A DNA stretch of 32,000 nucleotides from Nitratidesulfovibrio vulgaris str. Hildenborough (GTDB lineage Bacteria; Desulfobacterota; Desulfovibrionia; Desulfovibrionales; Desulfovibrionaceae), in contig NC_002937.3 in the NCBI RefSeq assembly GCF_000195755.1, forward strand, positions 2,400,001 through 2,432,000, given 5' to 3'. Positions 16,881 through 25,852 of the stretch are shown in pieces. A model generated the notes under the pieces. The model ran no database searches, was not told where the DNA came from, and saw only the letters and a program-made list of their open reading frames with translations. How positions within the stretch are numbered: position 1 is the stretch's first letter; each line of letters opens with the position of its first letter. A program made the translations under genes and the position numbers.

Positions 16881-16910
16881 AGGCCCCCATGCTCATGCAT
16901 GGGGGCCTTT
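16881..16910 (+). terminator. Terminator hairpin of UbiD-family gene
   Basis: 11-bp perfect stem AGGCCCCCATG (16881-16891) / CATGGGGGCCT (16898-16908), 6-nt loop, then TT. Confidence 0.7.
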
Positions 16911-17280
16911 CACACCCTGAAGCACAGGGGTATGGCCCGATAACCGGCCCCACCTTCCCGCTGCATACGTCAAGCGGTCTATCGTCTTGCTGTGTGGGGC
17001 CGCGCGCCTGCCACGACATGCCCGCGCATACCCGAAGCCATCCGGCATGGAGGCAGCACGGCGATGCTACCCGTACAGGCCGCCATAACCTGTGCAGTCA
17101 TTGGCTTTTCTGTTGCCTCTGAGCCACTCCATGCGCTACAAGGCAAGGCCATTCACCGACACCATGACACCAGATGCGACATTTTGATGATAAAGACGCC
17201 CGCTGAAGCACTCCCCCTCGCACGCGCATACAGCATGTGCTATGCTGAAGGCTCGGACATGCAGCACGCGAGGAGACACC

Positions 17281-18753
17281 ATGACCGCATCCACCGGTGA
17301 ACAAAGCCCATTTATGGAATCGAGCGCCCCCATGTCACCTCGCCCCGAACATGCGACACATTCCGCGCGCGAGTCGTTCAGTCGCCTCATGCGTGAAGAG
17401 AGGCTGCCGGGCGAACTCATCGACCTCTTCCTCGGCTATCATGGCGAAATCGAGGCCAGCCATACCGGACTCATCGGTGAGAATGACATCCTGCCCGCCA
17501 AGGTCGAGGATTTCACCCATCTCGACAGCCTGACCCGCTATGCCCCCGAAGGCCGCAAGCTGATGCACCGCGCCGTCTGCATCAGGCTCAATGGTGGTCT
17601 CGGCACCAGCATGGGCATGACACACGCCAAGTCGCTTCTGCCAGCACGACACGACAGGAGTTTTCTCGACATCATCCACGGACAGGCAGAACATCAGCGC
17701 AAGGCCCACGGCGGCGCATCGCCCCTGCTGTTCATGAACAGCTACGCCACGCACGCCGACACCCTGCGTGCCCTCGAAAGCATGGCGGCCCCCGAACACA
17801 TGCCGCGTTGCTTCCTGCAGCATCGTTTCCCCAAGGTCGACCGCGCCACACTCCTTCCCGTACGAAGCCATGAAGCCGGCGACATGGCGTGGAACCCTCC
17901 GGGGCACGGCGACATCTACGCCGCCCTCGTACTCTCGGGCATGCTCGACGCCCTGCTTTCCGAAGGTCGCCGATGGGCGCTGGTTGCCAACGCCGACAAT
18001 CTAGGGGCATCACTCGACCCGGCCATTCTCGGCTACATGGCGGCACATCGCATCCCCTTTCTCATGGAATGCGCCCGTCGCACCCCCGCCGACAGCAAGG
18101 GCGGGCACCTTGCCCGCACACCGGAAGGCGGTCTCGTCCTGCGCGAGGTGGCACAGTGCCCTGCCGACGACATGGCCCACTTTCAGGACATCCATCGCTA
18201 CGGACTCTTCAATACCAACAACATATGGCTCGACCTCGCGGCACTGCGTGACAGGGTTGAACGCTACGGCCTGTTGCGGTTGCCCCTCATCCTCAATCCC
18301 AAGACGCTCGACCCCCGCGACCCCGAATCCACTCCCGTCTGGCAGGTGGAAACGGCCATGGGGGCGGCCATCGCCCTCTTTCCGGGTGCGACAGCCATCG
18401 TCACCCCCCGCCGCCGCTTTCTGCCGGTCAAACGCTGCAACGACCTGCTGCTACTCTGGTCGGACTGCTTCAGCCTCGGCGAGGACTTCCACCTCAATCG
18501 CCGCGTGGCGCATGACAGCCCCCTGCCCCGCATCGACCTCGACCCCAAGCATTACGGCACATGGGACAGGCTCATGCAGCGCTTTCCGCACGGCGCCCCC
18601 GCCATGCGCAGCTGCACCGCCATGCAGGTGCGCGGAGACGTCCGCTTCGGCGATGACGTAGCCCTCGACGGAGAAGTCCGCATCCGTAACAGTGCAAAGG
18701 CACAGGCTGTCATCCCCGACGGCACGCGTCTGTCTGGCGAAGTGCACTTGTAG
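17281..18753 (+). CDS. UTP--glucose-1-phosphate uridylyltransferase, UDPGP (eukaryote-type) family
   Basis: SD GAGGAG lies 5 nt before ATG 17281. Motifs RLNGGLGTSMG, FMNSY.T, NPPGHGDIY and NADNLGA are signatures of the UDPGP pyrophosphorylase family, not the GalU type. Confidence 0.85.
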   Translation: MTASTGEQSPFMESSAPMSPRPEHATHSARESFSRLMREERLPGELIDLFLGYHGEIEASHTGLIGENDILPAKVEDFTHLDSLTRYAPEGRKLMHRAVCIRLNGGLGTSMGMTHAKSLLPARHDRSFLDIIHGQAEHQRKAHGGASPLLFMNSYATHADTLRALESMAAPEHMPRCFLQHRFPKVDRATLLPVRSHEAGDMAWNPPGHGDIYAALVLSGMLDALLSEGRRWALVANADNLGASLDPAILGYMAAHRIPFLMECARRTPADSKGGHLARTPEGGLVLREVAQCPADDMAHFQDIHRYGLFNTNNIWLDLAALRDRVERYGLLRLPLILNPKTLDPRDPESTPVWQVETAMGAAIALFPGATAIVTPRRRFLPVKRCNDLLLLWSDCFSLGEDFHLNRRVAHDSPLPRIDLDPKHYGTWDRLMQRFPHGAPAMRSCTAMQVRGDVRFGDDVALDGEVRIRNSAKAQAVIPDGTRLSGEVHL

Positions 18754-19002
18754 CCTGCTGGACGGGCTGTCGCCTGAACATGCCCACAGAGTCCGGTGTG
18801 CCATGCGTGACTGCCGGACAAGCGTGCCCGTGCGCTGGACGATGGGCGGATGCCGAATCTGCAGCACACCACATGCTCTAGGCGCGCTGCATTTCTCTAG
18901 ATTTTTTCTTGAATTACGCACAGCCATGGGCTAACGTCGGCGAGAAGAGCCGCAGCCCGACGGCAGCGGCACCACCATGCGATAGCAAGGGGGCCACGCA
19001 GT

Positions 19003-19425
19003 ATGCCGCAGGTAGCAGCCCGCATCAACGAACAGCAGGAAAAATGGCTGAAGGACTACTTCAGAACCAAGAGTGCGGGGGCCGAGTTCATCCTGCCTTG
19101 GGCTGTCGACACCTTCTTCAGGGCCATCTCAGCTATCAAGGGCATCTTCTCGGGACCTGAACTCAAGACCATCGTCGAGGCGCACCGCGACATGCGTCTG
19201 CTGCCCGACCACACCCGACTCGACTACCTGCTTCTGCGCGTCATGGATGCCTGCGAGGTGACCCAGCTGCACGTCAAGCACGGGGCCAGCAAGGCCAGCC
19301 TCGAAGCCAAACTCAAACGTCTCGACGATACGCAGGCCACGGCGCTCATGGTCTGGGCATCTGCCTTCTGGGTAAGCCGCAACCATACCGCCGAGAATCT
19401 CGAAGTCTACATCAAGGACTACTAG
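19003..19425 (+). CDS. Hypothetical 140-aa protein (orphan)
   Basis: ATG 19003 has AAGGGGG about 8 nt upstream. Third-position G/C bias is high throughout and the sequence is helical and globular-looking (MPQVAARINEQQEKWLKDYF...). I recognise no motif. A possible promoter is TTGAAT (18909-18914), 17-nt spacer, TAACGT (18932-18937). Confidence 0.55.
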   Translation: MPQVAARINEQQEKWLKDYFRTKSAGAEFILPWAVDTFFRAISAIKGIFSGPELKTIVEAHRDMRLLPDHTRLDYLLLRVMDACEVTQLHVKHGASKASLEAKLKRLDDTQATALMVWASAFWVSRNHTAENLEVYIKDY

Positions 19426-19461
19426 ACGCTCTATCCGGCAATCTCTTGTCATACCTACCTT

Positions 19462-19498
19462 TCCGGATTCGCTCCGGATTTGTCCCGGACAGATCCGG
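19462..19498. repeat. Helically phased CCGG-core repeat array (TCCGGATT x2, CCCGGAC, TCCGGCC)
   Basis: CCGG cores at 19463, 19474, 19485 and 19495 (spacing 11, 11, 10 bp). The first two units are identical 8-mers, TCCGGATT. Confidence 0.6.
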
Positions 19499-19586
19499 CC
19501 ACGCCCCTGATTCGGGGTGTGGCAGCAGGCCCCGCCGCTGAACCCCGACGGCAGTTCGAGAATAGCATACCCCCTCCAGAAACGTC

Positions 19587-19615
19587 GGGGGGCACCTCTC
19601 GATGAGGTGCCCCCC
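19587..19615. terminator. Bidirectional terminator between orphan gene and copA
   Basis: 12-bp perfect stem GGGGGGCACCTC (19587-19598) / GAGGTGCCCCCC (19604-19615), 5-nt loop. It lies 22 nt beyond the copA stop. Confidence 0.75.
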
Positions 19616-19637
19616 GAACGCATTCAGGGTATGGGAA

Positions 19638-22355
19638 TCAGCAAGTGCCTCCGCGTTCAGGCGTGAACAGCCGCAGCCGCAGGGCGTTGCCGACCACTGA
19701 GACCGAAGACAGGGCCATGGCCGCACCGGCAAGCATGGGCGACAGCGTCGGCCCGCCGAAGGCATACAGCAGCCCCGCAGCGACAGGGATGCCAAGCACA
19801 TTGTAGCCGAAGGCCCAGAAGAGATTCTGGCGGATGTTGCGCATGGTGGCACGGCTCAATTGCATGGCCACGGGCACACTCGTCAGCCCGCCACGCAAGA
19901 GCACGATGTCTCCCGCCTCCACCGCCACGTCGATACCCGTGCCCATGGCAATGCCCACATCGGCCCTCGCAAGGGCCGGGGCGTCGTTGATACCGTCGCC
20001 CACCATGGCCACCACGCGGCCCTCACCCTGCAACCGGGACACTTCGCGTTCCTTGGCATCGGGCATGACCTCGGCGACGACCTCATCCATGCCCGCCTGA
20101 CGGGCGATGGCCTCTGCCGTGCGCCTGTTGTCGCCGGTCAGCATGACAGCGCGCACACCGCACTGGCGCAGGCGTTCCAGCACTCCGCGCGCTTCGGCGC
20201 GCAGCGGGTCTGCCACACCGACGATGCCGCGCATCTCCCCGGCGGCGGCAAGCAGCAGTGGCGTGACGCCCGCGTCGGCGAGGGCATCGAGCATCTCCCG
20301 CAAGCCATGGGCATCCAGCCCCGCAACACCTGCTTCAGCCATGAAGGCATGGTTGCCCAGAAGGACGCCAGACTCTCCGGCATCGGTACGCACACGCCCG
20401 CGCACGCCACGCCCCGGCACGGCCTCGAAAGCCTCAACCGGCCACGGGGCGATGCCCGCCTCCGCAGCCCCGGCGAGGATGGCCTCCGCCAGCGGGTGCT
20501 CGGATACGGCCTCCAGCGAAGCCGCAAGCCGCAGTACCATCCGGCGAGGCGTGTCTTCGGCCACATCCGGTGCAAGCGGCTGCGTGAGGCGCATGCCAGA
20601 TGCGCCGCCTTGCGTGCCGTCCCCGCCCGACGCGGACACGTCAGTCTGCCACGGGCCGTCTTCAACGGCACTCACATGGACAAGACGCGGCTTGCCCTCC
20701 GTGAGGGTCCCCGTCTTGTCGAAGACCACGGTGTCGACGCGACCGGCTGTCTCCAGTGCGGCCCCGCTCTTCACCAGAATGCCCAGCTGCGCCCCGCGTC
20801 CCGTGCCCACCATGATGGAGGTGGGCGTGGCAAGCCCCATGGCGCACGGGCAGGCGATGACCATGACCGCCACGAAGATGCGCAGCGCGAAGGTGAAATC
20901 GGCGTCTCCCACCGTATACCACCCCACCCCCGCCAGCACAGCAAGGGCCATGACCGTCGGGACGAAGTACAGGCTCACCCTGTCTGCGATGTTGGCGATG
21001 GGGGCCTTCGACCCCTGTGCCTCCTCCACGAGACGGATGATGCGCGCCAGCACGGTATCGGCCCCCACGCGTTCTGCACGCATGACGAAGGTACCGAGAC
21101 GGTTGATCGTGCCACCCGCCACGCTGTCTCCGCCCGTCTTCGAGACGGGCAGGCTTTCGCCCGTGAGCATGGATTCGTCCACGCTGGATGTGCCGGACAC
21201 CACCGTGCCGTCGACGGGGATGCGAGCCCCCGGACGCACCTGCAACAGGTCGCCCGCACGCACCTCCGCCACCGGAACTTCCTGCACAGCCACGTTCGTG
21301 CCGTCTCCGGCCTCGTGCCCGACAGCTGGCCCGCCGTCAGCAGACACAAGACGCAACGCAGTCTCCGGGGCGAGGTCCATGAGCGACTTGATGGCCTCTG
21401 ACGTGCGCGCACGTGAGCGCATCTCGAAGTACTTGCCCAGCGAGACCAGCGTGATGAGCACCGCCGCCGATTCATAGTAGAGGTCCATCACCCGGTGCGC
21501 CACGTCCACGCCAAGGGCTATCTCCACGGTGTTCCACAGGCTGTAGATGAAGGCTGCCCCCGTGCCCAGCGCCACAAGGGAGTCCATGTTGGGAGACAGA
21601 CGACGCAGGTTGCCGAAACCGATGCGGTAGAAGTCGCGCCCCGACCACATGACGGGCAACGTGAGCAGAAGCTGGGCCACGGCGAACGTCAGCGGAGAAT
21701 GGGCGGGATGCAGGAAACCGGGCAAGGGCAACCCCATCATGTGCCCCATCGAAAGCAGCAGAAGCGGTACGGTGAAGCCGAATTCCGGGACAAGACGCGC
21801 CTTCATGCGGGCAAGCCTGGCGTCGGCATCATGCCGCTGCCTTTCCCACAGCGACGCACTCGACGCCGCATCCGCTGCCTGTTCCTGCAAGGTGGCACCG
21901 AAACCAAGCCCGCTGATGCGTTCTACGACGGAGGCCGCCAGCGACCCGGCGTCCACACCGGGCAGGGGCGTCACCTGTGCGGTCTCGGCAGCGAGGTTCA
22001 CAGACACCGCCCCGACCCCGTCCATGGTGCCCACCACCTTCTCGATGCGTCCGGCACACACGGCGCAGGTCATGCCCGAAACGGCGAAACGCAGGTCGTT
22101 CCCCCCTCCCGCAGGGGCGGCGTCCGGGGGCATGGCTTCGAAGCCGAGGGCGGACACCTGCCGGACGATGGCGTCGAGGTCCGTGCGGTCATCCCACGTC
22201 ACATCCATGACCTCCGTGGCAAGATTCACCGCCACGGTCTCCACACCTTCCATGCGGCCGACCATCTTCTCGATGCGTCCGGCGCACACGGCGCATGTCA
22301 TGCCCCGCACCGGCATCCGGCTACGGTGTCTCACGGAATCGGTCTGGCTATCCAT
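19638..22355 (-). CDS. copA: Copper-translocating P1B-type ATPase with two N-terminal HMA domains
   Basis: Two [13 protein letters not shown] metal-binding domains. Transmembrane CPC motif ([11 protein letters not shown]), phosphorylation site DKTGTLT and hinge GDGINDAP. Confidence 0.95.
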   Translation of the reverse strand: MDSQTDSVRHRSRMPVRGMTCAVCAGRIEKMVGRMEGVETVAVNLATEVMDVTWDDRTDLDAIVRQVSALGFEAMPPDAAPAGGGNDLRFAVSGMTCAVCAGRIEKVVGTMDGVGAVSVNLAAETAQVTPLPGVDAGSLAASVVERISGLGFGATLQEQAADAASSASLWERQRHDADARLARMKARLVPEFGFTVPLLLLSMGHMMGLPLPGFLHPAHSPLTFAVAQLLLTLPVMWSGRDFYRIGFGNLRRLSPNMDSLVALGTGAAFIYSLWNTVEIALGVDVAHRVMDLYYESAAVLITLVSLGKYFEMRSRARTSEAIKSLMDLAPETALRLVSADGGPAVGHEAGDGTNVAVQEVPVAEVRAGDLLQVRPGARIPVDGTVVSGTSSVDESMLTGESLPVSKTGGDSVAGGTINRLGTFVMRAERVGADTVLARIIRLVEEAQGSKAPIANIADRVSLYFVPTVMALAVLAGVGWYTVGDADFTFALRIFVAVMVIACPCAMGLATPTSIMVGTGRGAQLGILVKSGAALETAGRVDTVVFDKTGTLTEGKPRLVHVSAVEDGPWQTDVSASGGDGTQGGASGMRLTQPLAPDVAEDTPRRMVLRLAASLEAVSEHPLAEAILAGAAEAGIAPWPVEAFEAVPGRGVRGRVRTDAGESGVLLGNHAFMAEAGVAGLDAHGLREMLDALADAGVTPLLLAAAGEMRGIVGVADPLRAEARGVLERLRQCGVRAVMLTGDNRRTAEAIARQAGMDEVVAEVMPDAKEREVSRLQGEGRVVAMVGDGINDAPALARADVGIAMGTGIDVAVEAGDIVLLRGGLTSVPVAMQLSRATMRNIRQNLFWAFGYNVLGIPVAAGLLYAFGGPTLSPMLAGAAMALSSVSVVGNALRLRLFTPERGGTC

Positions 22356-22627
22356 GACTCCTCCTGTTCACCCGGTCGCATCGCGCGCGCAGTGTCCGGC
22401 AACGGACATCCGTGCTTGCACAGTCCAAGAGGGTGGCTATCTCTACGTTGCTTCCGCTGCTGCGAAGACTTGCCGACGAGCATAGTCCCGACCGGGACAA
22501 GCCGCTTATCCTGCCTTCGCACGGGGAAAAGAGAATGCCCGCCCCGACTAGCGAGGCTATGACAAACCCTTTTCAAGATAGCCACATTGGCGTACATGGC
22601 AAGATAATCATTATCAGGAGGAACGAC

Positions 22628-22825
22628 ATGCCCACTCTCAACGTGCAGGGAATGTCCTGCAATCATTGTAAGATGTCTGTCACCAAAGCCCTGTCGGACA
22701 TCCCCGGCGTCAAGGACGTGGACGTGAGCCTTGAAAAGGCACAGGCTTCATGGACGGAGACCGCGTCGGTGGATATCGAGAAGGTCAAGGATGCCATACG
22801 ACGCATAGGCTTCGACGTCGCCTAG
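22628..22825 (+). CDS. copZ: Heavy-metal-associated (HMA) domain metallochaperone, 65 aa
   Basis: SD AGGAGG (22615-22620) precedes ATG 22628. The protein MPTLNVQGMSCNHCKMSVTKAL... has the MxCxxC ferredoxin-like HMA fold pattern and is divergent from copA. The tracked upstream extension from 22412 is not protein-like. Confidence 0.85.
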   Translation: MPTLNVQGMSCNHCKMSVTKALSDIPGVKDVDVSLEKAQASWTETASVDIEKVKDAIRRIGFDVA

Positions 22826-22851
22826 ACAACGCTGTTGACGAAACAACGATG

Positions 22852-22886
22852 AACCCCCGCCACGGCATTCGTGACGGGGGTTTTCT
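22852..22886. terminator. Terminator between convergent copZ-like and AMIN genes
   Basis: Stem AACCCCCGCCAC (22852-22863) / GTGACGGGGGTT (22871-22882) with one mismatch, followed by TTTCTGT. Confidence 0.7.
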
Positions 22887-22921
22887 GTATCATCAACGGG
22901 GACACGCCCCGCTGCTTCAGA

Positions 22922-23824
22922 CTACTTCACGCGGACTTCAAGGGCTCCGCCCTTCTTGACGACCTCATGCCCGTCAGGCCCCTTGTCGAGGTCGAGGACG
23001 ATGCGCGTCTTCTCTCCGGGCTTGCCCACGCGAACGGCCTTGATGACCCTGTTGGAAGGCACGGTGGGCACGTTGACGGTCCACGCCCCGACGAGGTCGA
23101 CGACCATACGGTCGGGTTCCTTGAGGACGAACGACTTGTACTGCGCGCCGGAAGCACCTTCAAGATGCAGCACGGCTGTGCTGCCTTCGAACTTGATGCT
23201 CGCCTTCGCGGTCTGACCGCCAGAGGTGGCCTTGGGCGCAGGTGCGGCTTCGGTCTTGGCAGCCGGGGCAGCAGCCTGCTTCTTGGCGGGCTCGACCTTG
23301 GCAGGTGCGGCCTTGACGGCTTCTGTCTTGGCAGGCTTCGGGGCTTCAGCCTTGGCCGGGGCTTTAGCGGCCTCCTTCTGCGCAGGCTTGTGTTCCGTCT
23401 TCTGCGCGGGCTTCGCGGCATGGGCAGGCTGACTGGGCACAGCCTTGGCAGCCTTGTGCGTTTCGGGCTTCAGACCGGGCTGGTCGACCAGCGGGCCCTC
23501 CTCTTCGCCCGGCTGCACACCGGCAAGACCACGCGGGTCTGCCAGCGTTCCGGCACCGCCAGCCTCACCCGCCGGGGAAAGCTCACGCAACGTGCCGTTA
23601 TCGAGGGGCATCAGGCCACCGGGCATGGTGCCGTTCCCGGTCGCGGCGTTACCGGCGTCGACAGTGCCAGCTTGTTCCGTCACCTGCCCGGTGACCTCAG
23701 GGCCCGCCGTCACCCCTGCGGGGGCCGTGGGGTCTGGCTCGCCGGAAGAGAACTGGTTGACCGCAATGAGCGCCATGGCGAACAGCAACACGGCGACGAT
23801 GAGCATGGCGATATTCTTGTTCAT
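22922..23824 (-). CDS. Membrane-anchored AMIN-domain protein with Ala/Pro/Lys-rich linker
   Basis: N-terminal TM is IAMLIVAVLLFAMALIAV. The long low-complexity segment reads AKPAQKTEHKPAQKEAAKAPAKAEAPKPAKTEAVKAAPAKVEPAKK. The C-terminal roughly 100 aa (SIKFEGSTAVLHLEG...DRMVVDLVGAW...VRVGKPGEKTRIVLDL) have the AMIN-domain pattern. Confidence 0.8.
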   Translation of the reverse strand: MNKNIAMLIVAVLLFAMALIAVNQFSSGEPDPTAPAGVTAGPEVTGQVTEQAGTVDAGNAATGNGTMPGGLMPLDNGTLRELSPAGEAGGAGTLADPRGLAGVQPGEEEGPLVDQPGLKPETHKAAKAVPSQPAHAAKPAQKTEHKPAQKEAAKAPAKAEAPKPAKTEAVKAAPAKVEPAKKQAAAPAAKTEAAPAPKATSGGQTAKASIKFEGSTAVLHLEGASGAQYKSFVLKEPDRMVVDLVGAWTVNVPTVPSNRVIKAVRVGKPGEKTRIVLDLDKGPDGHEVVKKGGALEVRVK

Positions 23825-24540
23825 CAGCGTCTGGTCTCCTGCGTTGTCCCGGTCGTCGTGCCACCGGAACCTGCGCCCTCTCCCGCCGGACGATGCCGTT
23901 CTATATAGGCAAGGAACAGCGATGCCGGTTCAAGGTCGGGCGATATGTTGAGTGAATGGTTGAGATGCCTCACCGCCGCGTCGATGTCTCCGTCTTCGTA
24001 CAAGGCGCGAGCGGCGTTGAAATGCGCATGGCTGTCCTCTGGTGACAGCGCAAGCACCCTTCGGTGAAAGTCGCAGGCCGTCTTCAGAAGCCTGCGTTTA
24101 CGCAAATGGATGCCGAACTCCGTGAACAGATGCTTATGGACAGGCCCGACACCCTCTTCGGTGGCAAGGACATGCTCGAAGAGACGAAGCGCCCCTTCGC
24201 GGTCTCCGTTGCGCAATCGCGTCATACCGAGTGCGAACCCGGCGCGCAACTCATGTTCGAGTTCGTCTTCCCCCGCGTCACCGCCCTGGACGCCATCGCG
24301 GGCTGGCTGCGGTTCGAAATCCCGCAGCGGAACGGCGAGAATGCCCGGTTGCGGCTCGAAATCATCGCGAAAGGTGGCCGCGCTCACAGGCCGGACATCG
24401 CCAGCCGGCTGATAGGCACCGTCGAGCGGCTGGACGAGATAACGGTCTCCGTCATCCCATACGAACCAGTACCGCTTGAGTCGACCGTCACCGCCTCGCG
24501 GACGCGTGGCATGAACGCCGATGAAAGCTCCGGTGTGCAT
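23824..24540 (-). CDS. TPR-repeat protein (238 aa)
   Basis: ATG 24540 is preceded by GGGGAGGAG on the reverse strand (24543-24551). The C-terminal half has TPR-like repeats (ALRLFEHVLA..., ACDFHRRVLALSPEDSHAHFNAARALYEDGDIDAAVRHLNHSLNISPD). The stop overlaps the AMIN gene start (TGATG at 23826-22). The remainder of the 614-aa tracked ORF is antisense to hypA/hypB and Ser/Arg-rich. Confidence 0.8.
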   Translation of the reverse strand: MHTGAFIGVHATRPRGGDGRLKRYWFVWDDGDRYLVQPLDGAYQPAGDVRPVSAATFRDDFEPQPGILAVPLRDFEPQPARDGVQGGDAGEDELEHELRAGFALGMTRLRNGDREGALRLFEHVLATEEGVGPVHKHLFTEFGIHLRKRRLLKTACDFHRRVLALSPEDSHAHFNAARALYEDGDIDAAVRHLNHSLNISPDLEPASLFLAYIERHRPAGEGAGSGGTTTGTTQETRR

Positions 24541-24813
24541 CGCTCCTCCCCGGCCCTGCATTGCAAGGTTCGGCAACGGAGACATACCCCTTTTCCCACC
24601 GCTTGCAAACGGGTGAGCGCTCCTTGCGCACCCTGAAATGTGACGGAACAGAAGGTGTGACAGGGCGGATGGCAGGCGGCCTTGGTGTCTGGCGGGCGGG
24701 GACAAGAGGCAGAGGGACAGGGGGAGGATCGAACGGACGGGGCGACAGGTGAGACGACGGGGGAGACGGCGGGCGGGGTGGACGCCCTCTGGCTTTTCCA
24801 GTATCCAAGGCAC

Positions 24814-25167
24814 ATGCATGAAATGTCCGTAGCCACAAGCCTTCTTGACATCGTCAGGGAAGAACTGGGCAAGCACGAGGTCGAAAAACTGCTTCTCGTG
24901 CGCGTCCGGTACGGCGCTCTTGCCAATCTCGTCCCCGAAGCCCTCGAATTCGCCTTCGAGGTGCTCACGACCGGGACGGATTTCGAGGGCGCACGGATAG
25001 AGCTTGTCCAGAACCCGGTGCGTCTGGCCTGCGGGGGCTGCGGCAGGGAGTTCGAGCCGGAGGGACGTGAACTGCTCTTCAGCCCGTGCCCCGCATGTGG
25101 CGAGGAGGTGGGTCACACCGTCCTTTCCGGGCGCGACCTCTATGTCGAACACATCGAAGCCGAATGA
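24814..25167 (+). CDS. hypA: Hydrogenase nickel-insertion protein HypA
   Basis: Canonical [15 protein letters not shown]-terminus and a zinc site CGGCG...CPACG. 117 aa. Confidence 0.93.
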
Positions 25168-25177
25168 CGGAGCCGAC

Positions 25178-25852
25178 ATGGACATTCCGGTGATTCGCAA
25201 CGTGCTGGAGGCCAACGACAAGATGGCCGACCAGCTCCGCAAGCTTTTCGCACGCCACGGCGTGCTGGTGCTCAACCTCATCAGTTCGCCCGGGGCGGGC
25301 AAGACCTCGGTGCTTGAACGCACTCTCACCGACCTGCGCGACGAATTCCGCATGGCCGTCGTCGAGGGCGACCTCCAGACCGACAACGACGCACGCCGCG
25401 TCGCCGCCACGGGCGCCCGTGCCGTGCAGATCAACACCGACGGCGGCTGCCACCTCGACAGCAACATGGTGCTCGACGCCATCAGCAACTTCGACCTCGC
25501 AGACCTCGACATCCTCTTCATCGAGAACGTCGGCAACCTCGTCTGCCCGGTGGAGTTCGACTGCGGCGAAGACCACAAGGTGGCCCTGCTCAGCGTCACC
25601 GAAGGCGACGACAAGCCGGAGAAGTATCCGCTGCTCTTCAACCTTTCGTCCGTCATGCTGCTCAACAAGGTGGACCTTCTGCCCTACGTCGACTTCGACG
25701 TGGAACGGGCACGCCGCTTCTCCACCCGTCTGAACCAGAACCTCACCATCTACGAGCTTTCATGCCGCAGCGGCGAGGGGTTGGCCCCGTGGTACGACTG
25801 GCTGCGTGAGGCCCTCAAGGCCAAGCGCGCCGCAGCGGAGGCCAAGGCATGA
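25178..25852 (+). CDS. hypB: Hydrogenase nickel-incorporation GTPase HypB
   Basis: P-loop SSPGAGKTS, ENVGNLVCP and LLNKVDLL (NKxD) motifs. Starts 10 nt after the hypA stop. No His-rich N-terminal stretch. Confidence 0.93.
   Translation: MDIPVIRNVLEANDKMADQLRKLFARHGVLVLNLISSPGAGKTSVLERTLTDLRDEFRMAVVEGDLQTDNDARRVAATGARAVQINTDGGCHLDSNMVLDAISNFDLADLDILFIENVGNLVCPVEFDCGEDHKVALLSVTEGDDKPEKYPLLFNLSSVMLLNKVDLLPYVDFDVERARRFSTRLNQNLTIYELSCRSGEGLAPWYDWLREALKAKRAAAEAKA

Noticed and set aside
15617-16900. 427-aa minus-strand ORF antisense to the UbiD-family gene
   Set aside because: It has Gly/Arg/Val/Ala-rich composition, no motif and no SD. The sense strand carries clear UbiD motifs.
18780-18881. 33-aa Cys-containing small ORF (MPTESGVPCVTAGQACPCAG...) between the UGPase and the orphan gene
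   Set aside because: It has no SD, only moderate third-position G/C bias and no recognisable peptide family. It is most likely a chance ORF.
19860-21477. Two long plus-strand ORFs (513 aa and 456 aa) overlapping copA
   Set aside because: Both are antisense frames of a canonical P1B-ATPase. Their translations are Arg/His/Gly- or Ser/Pro/Ala-rich low-complexity strings.
24541-25668. Upstream two-thirds of the 614-aa minus-strand ORF that continues from the TPR gene across hypA/hypB
   Set aside because: This part is Ser/Arg/Leu-rich and antisense to hypA and hypB. A strong SD (GGGGAGGAG) directly precedes the internal ATG at 24540, and only the downstream 238 aa look like a real (TPR) protein.
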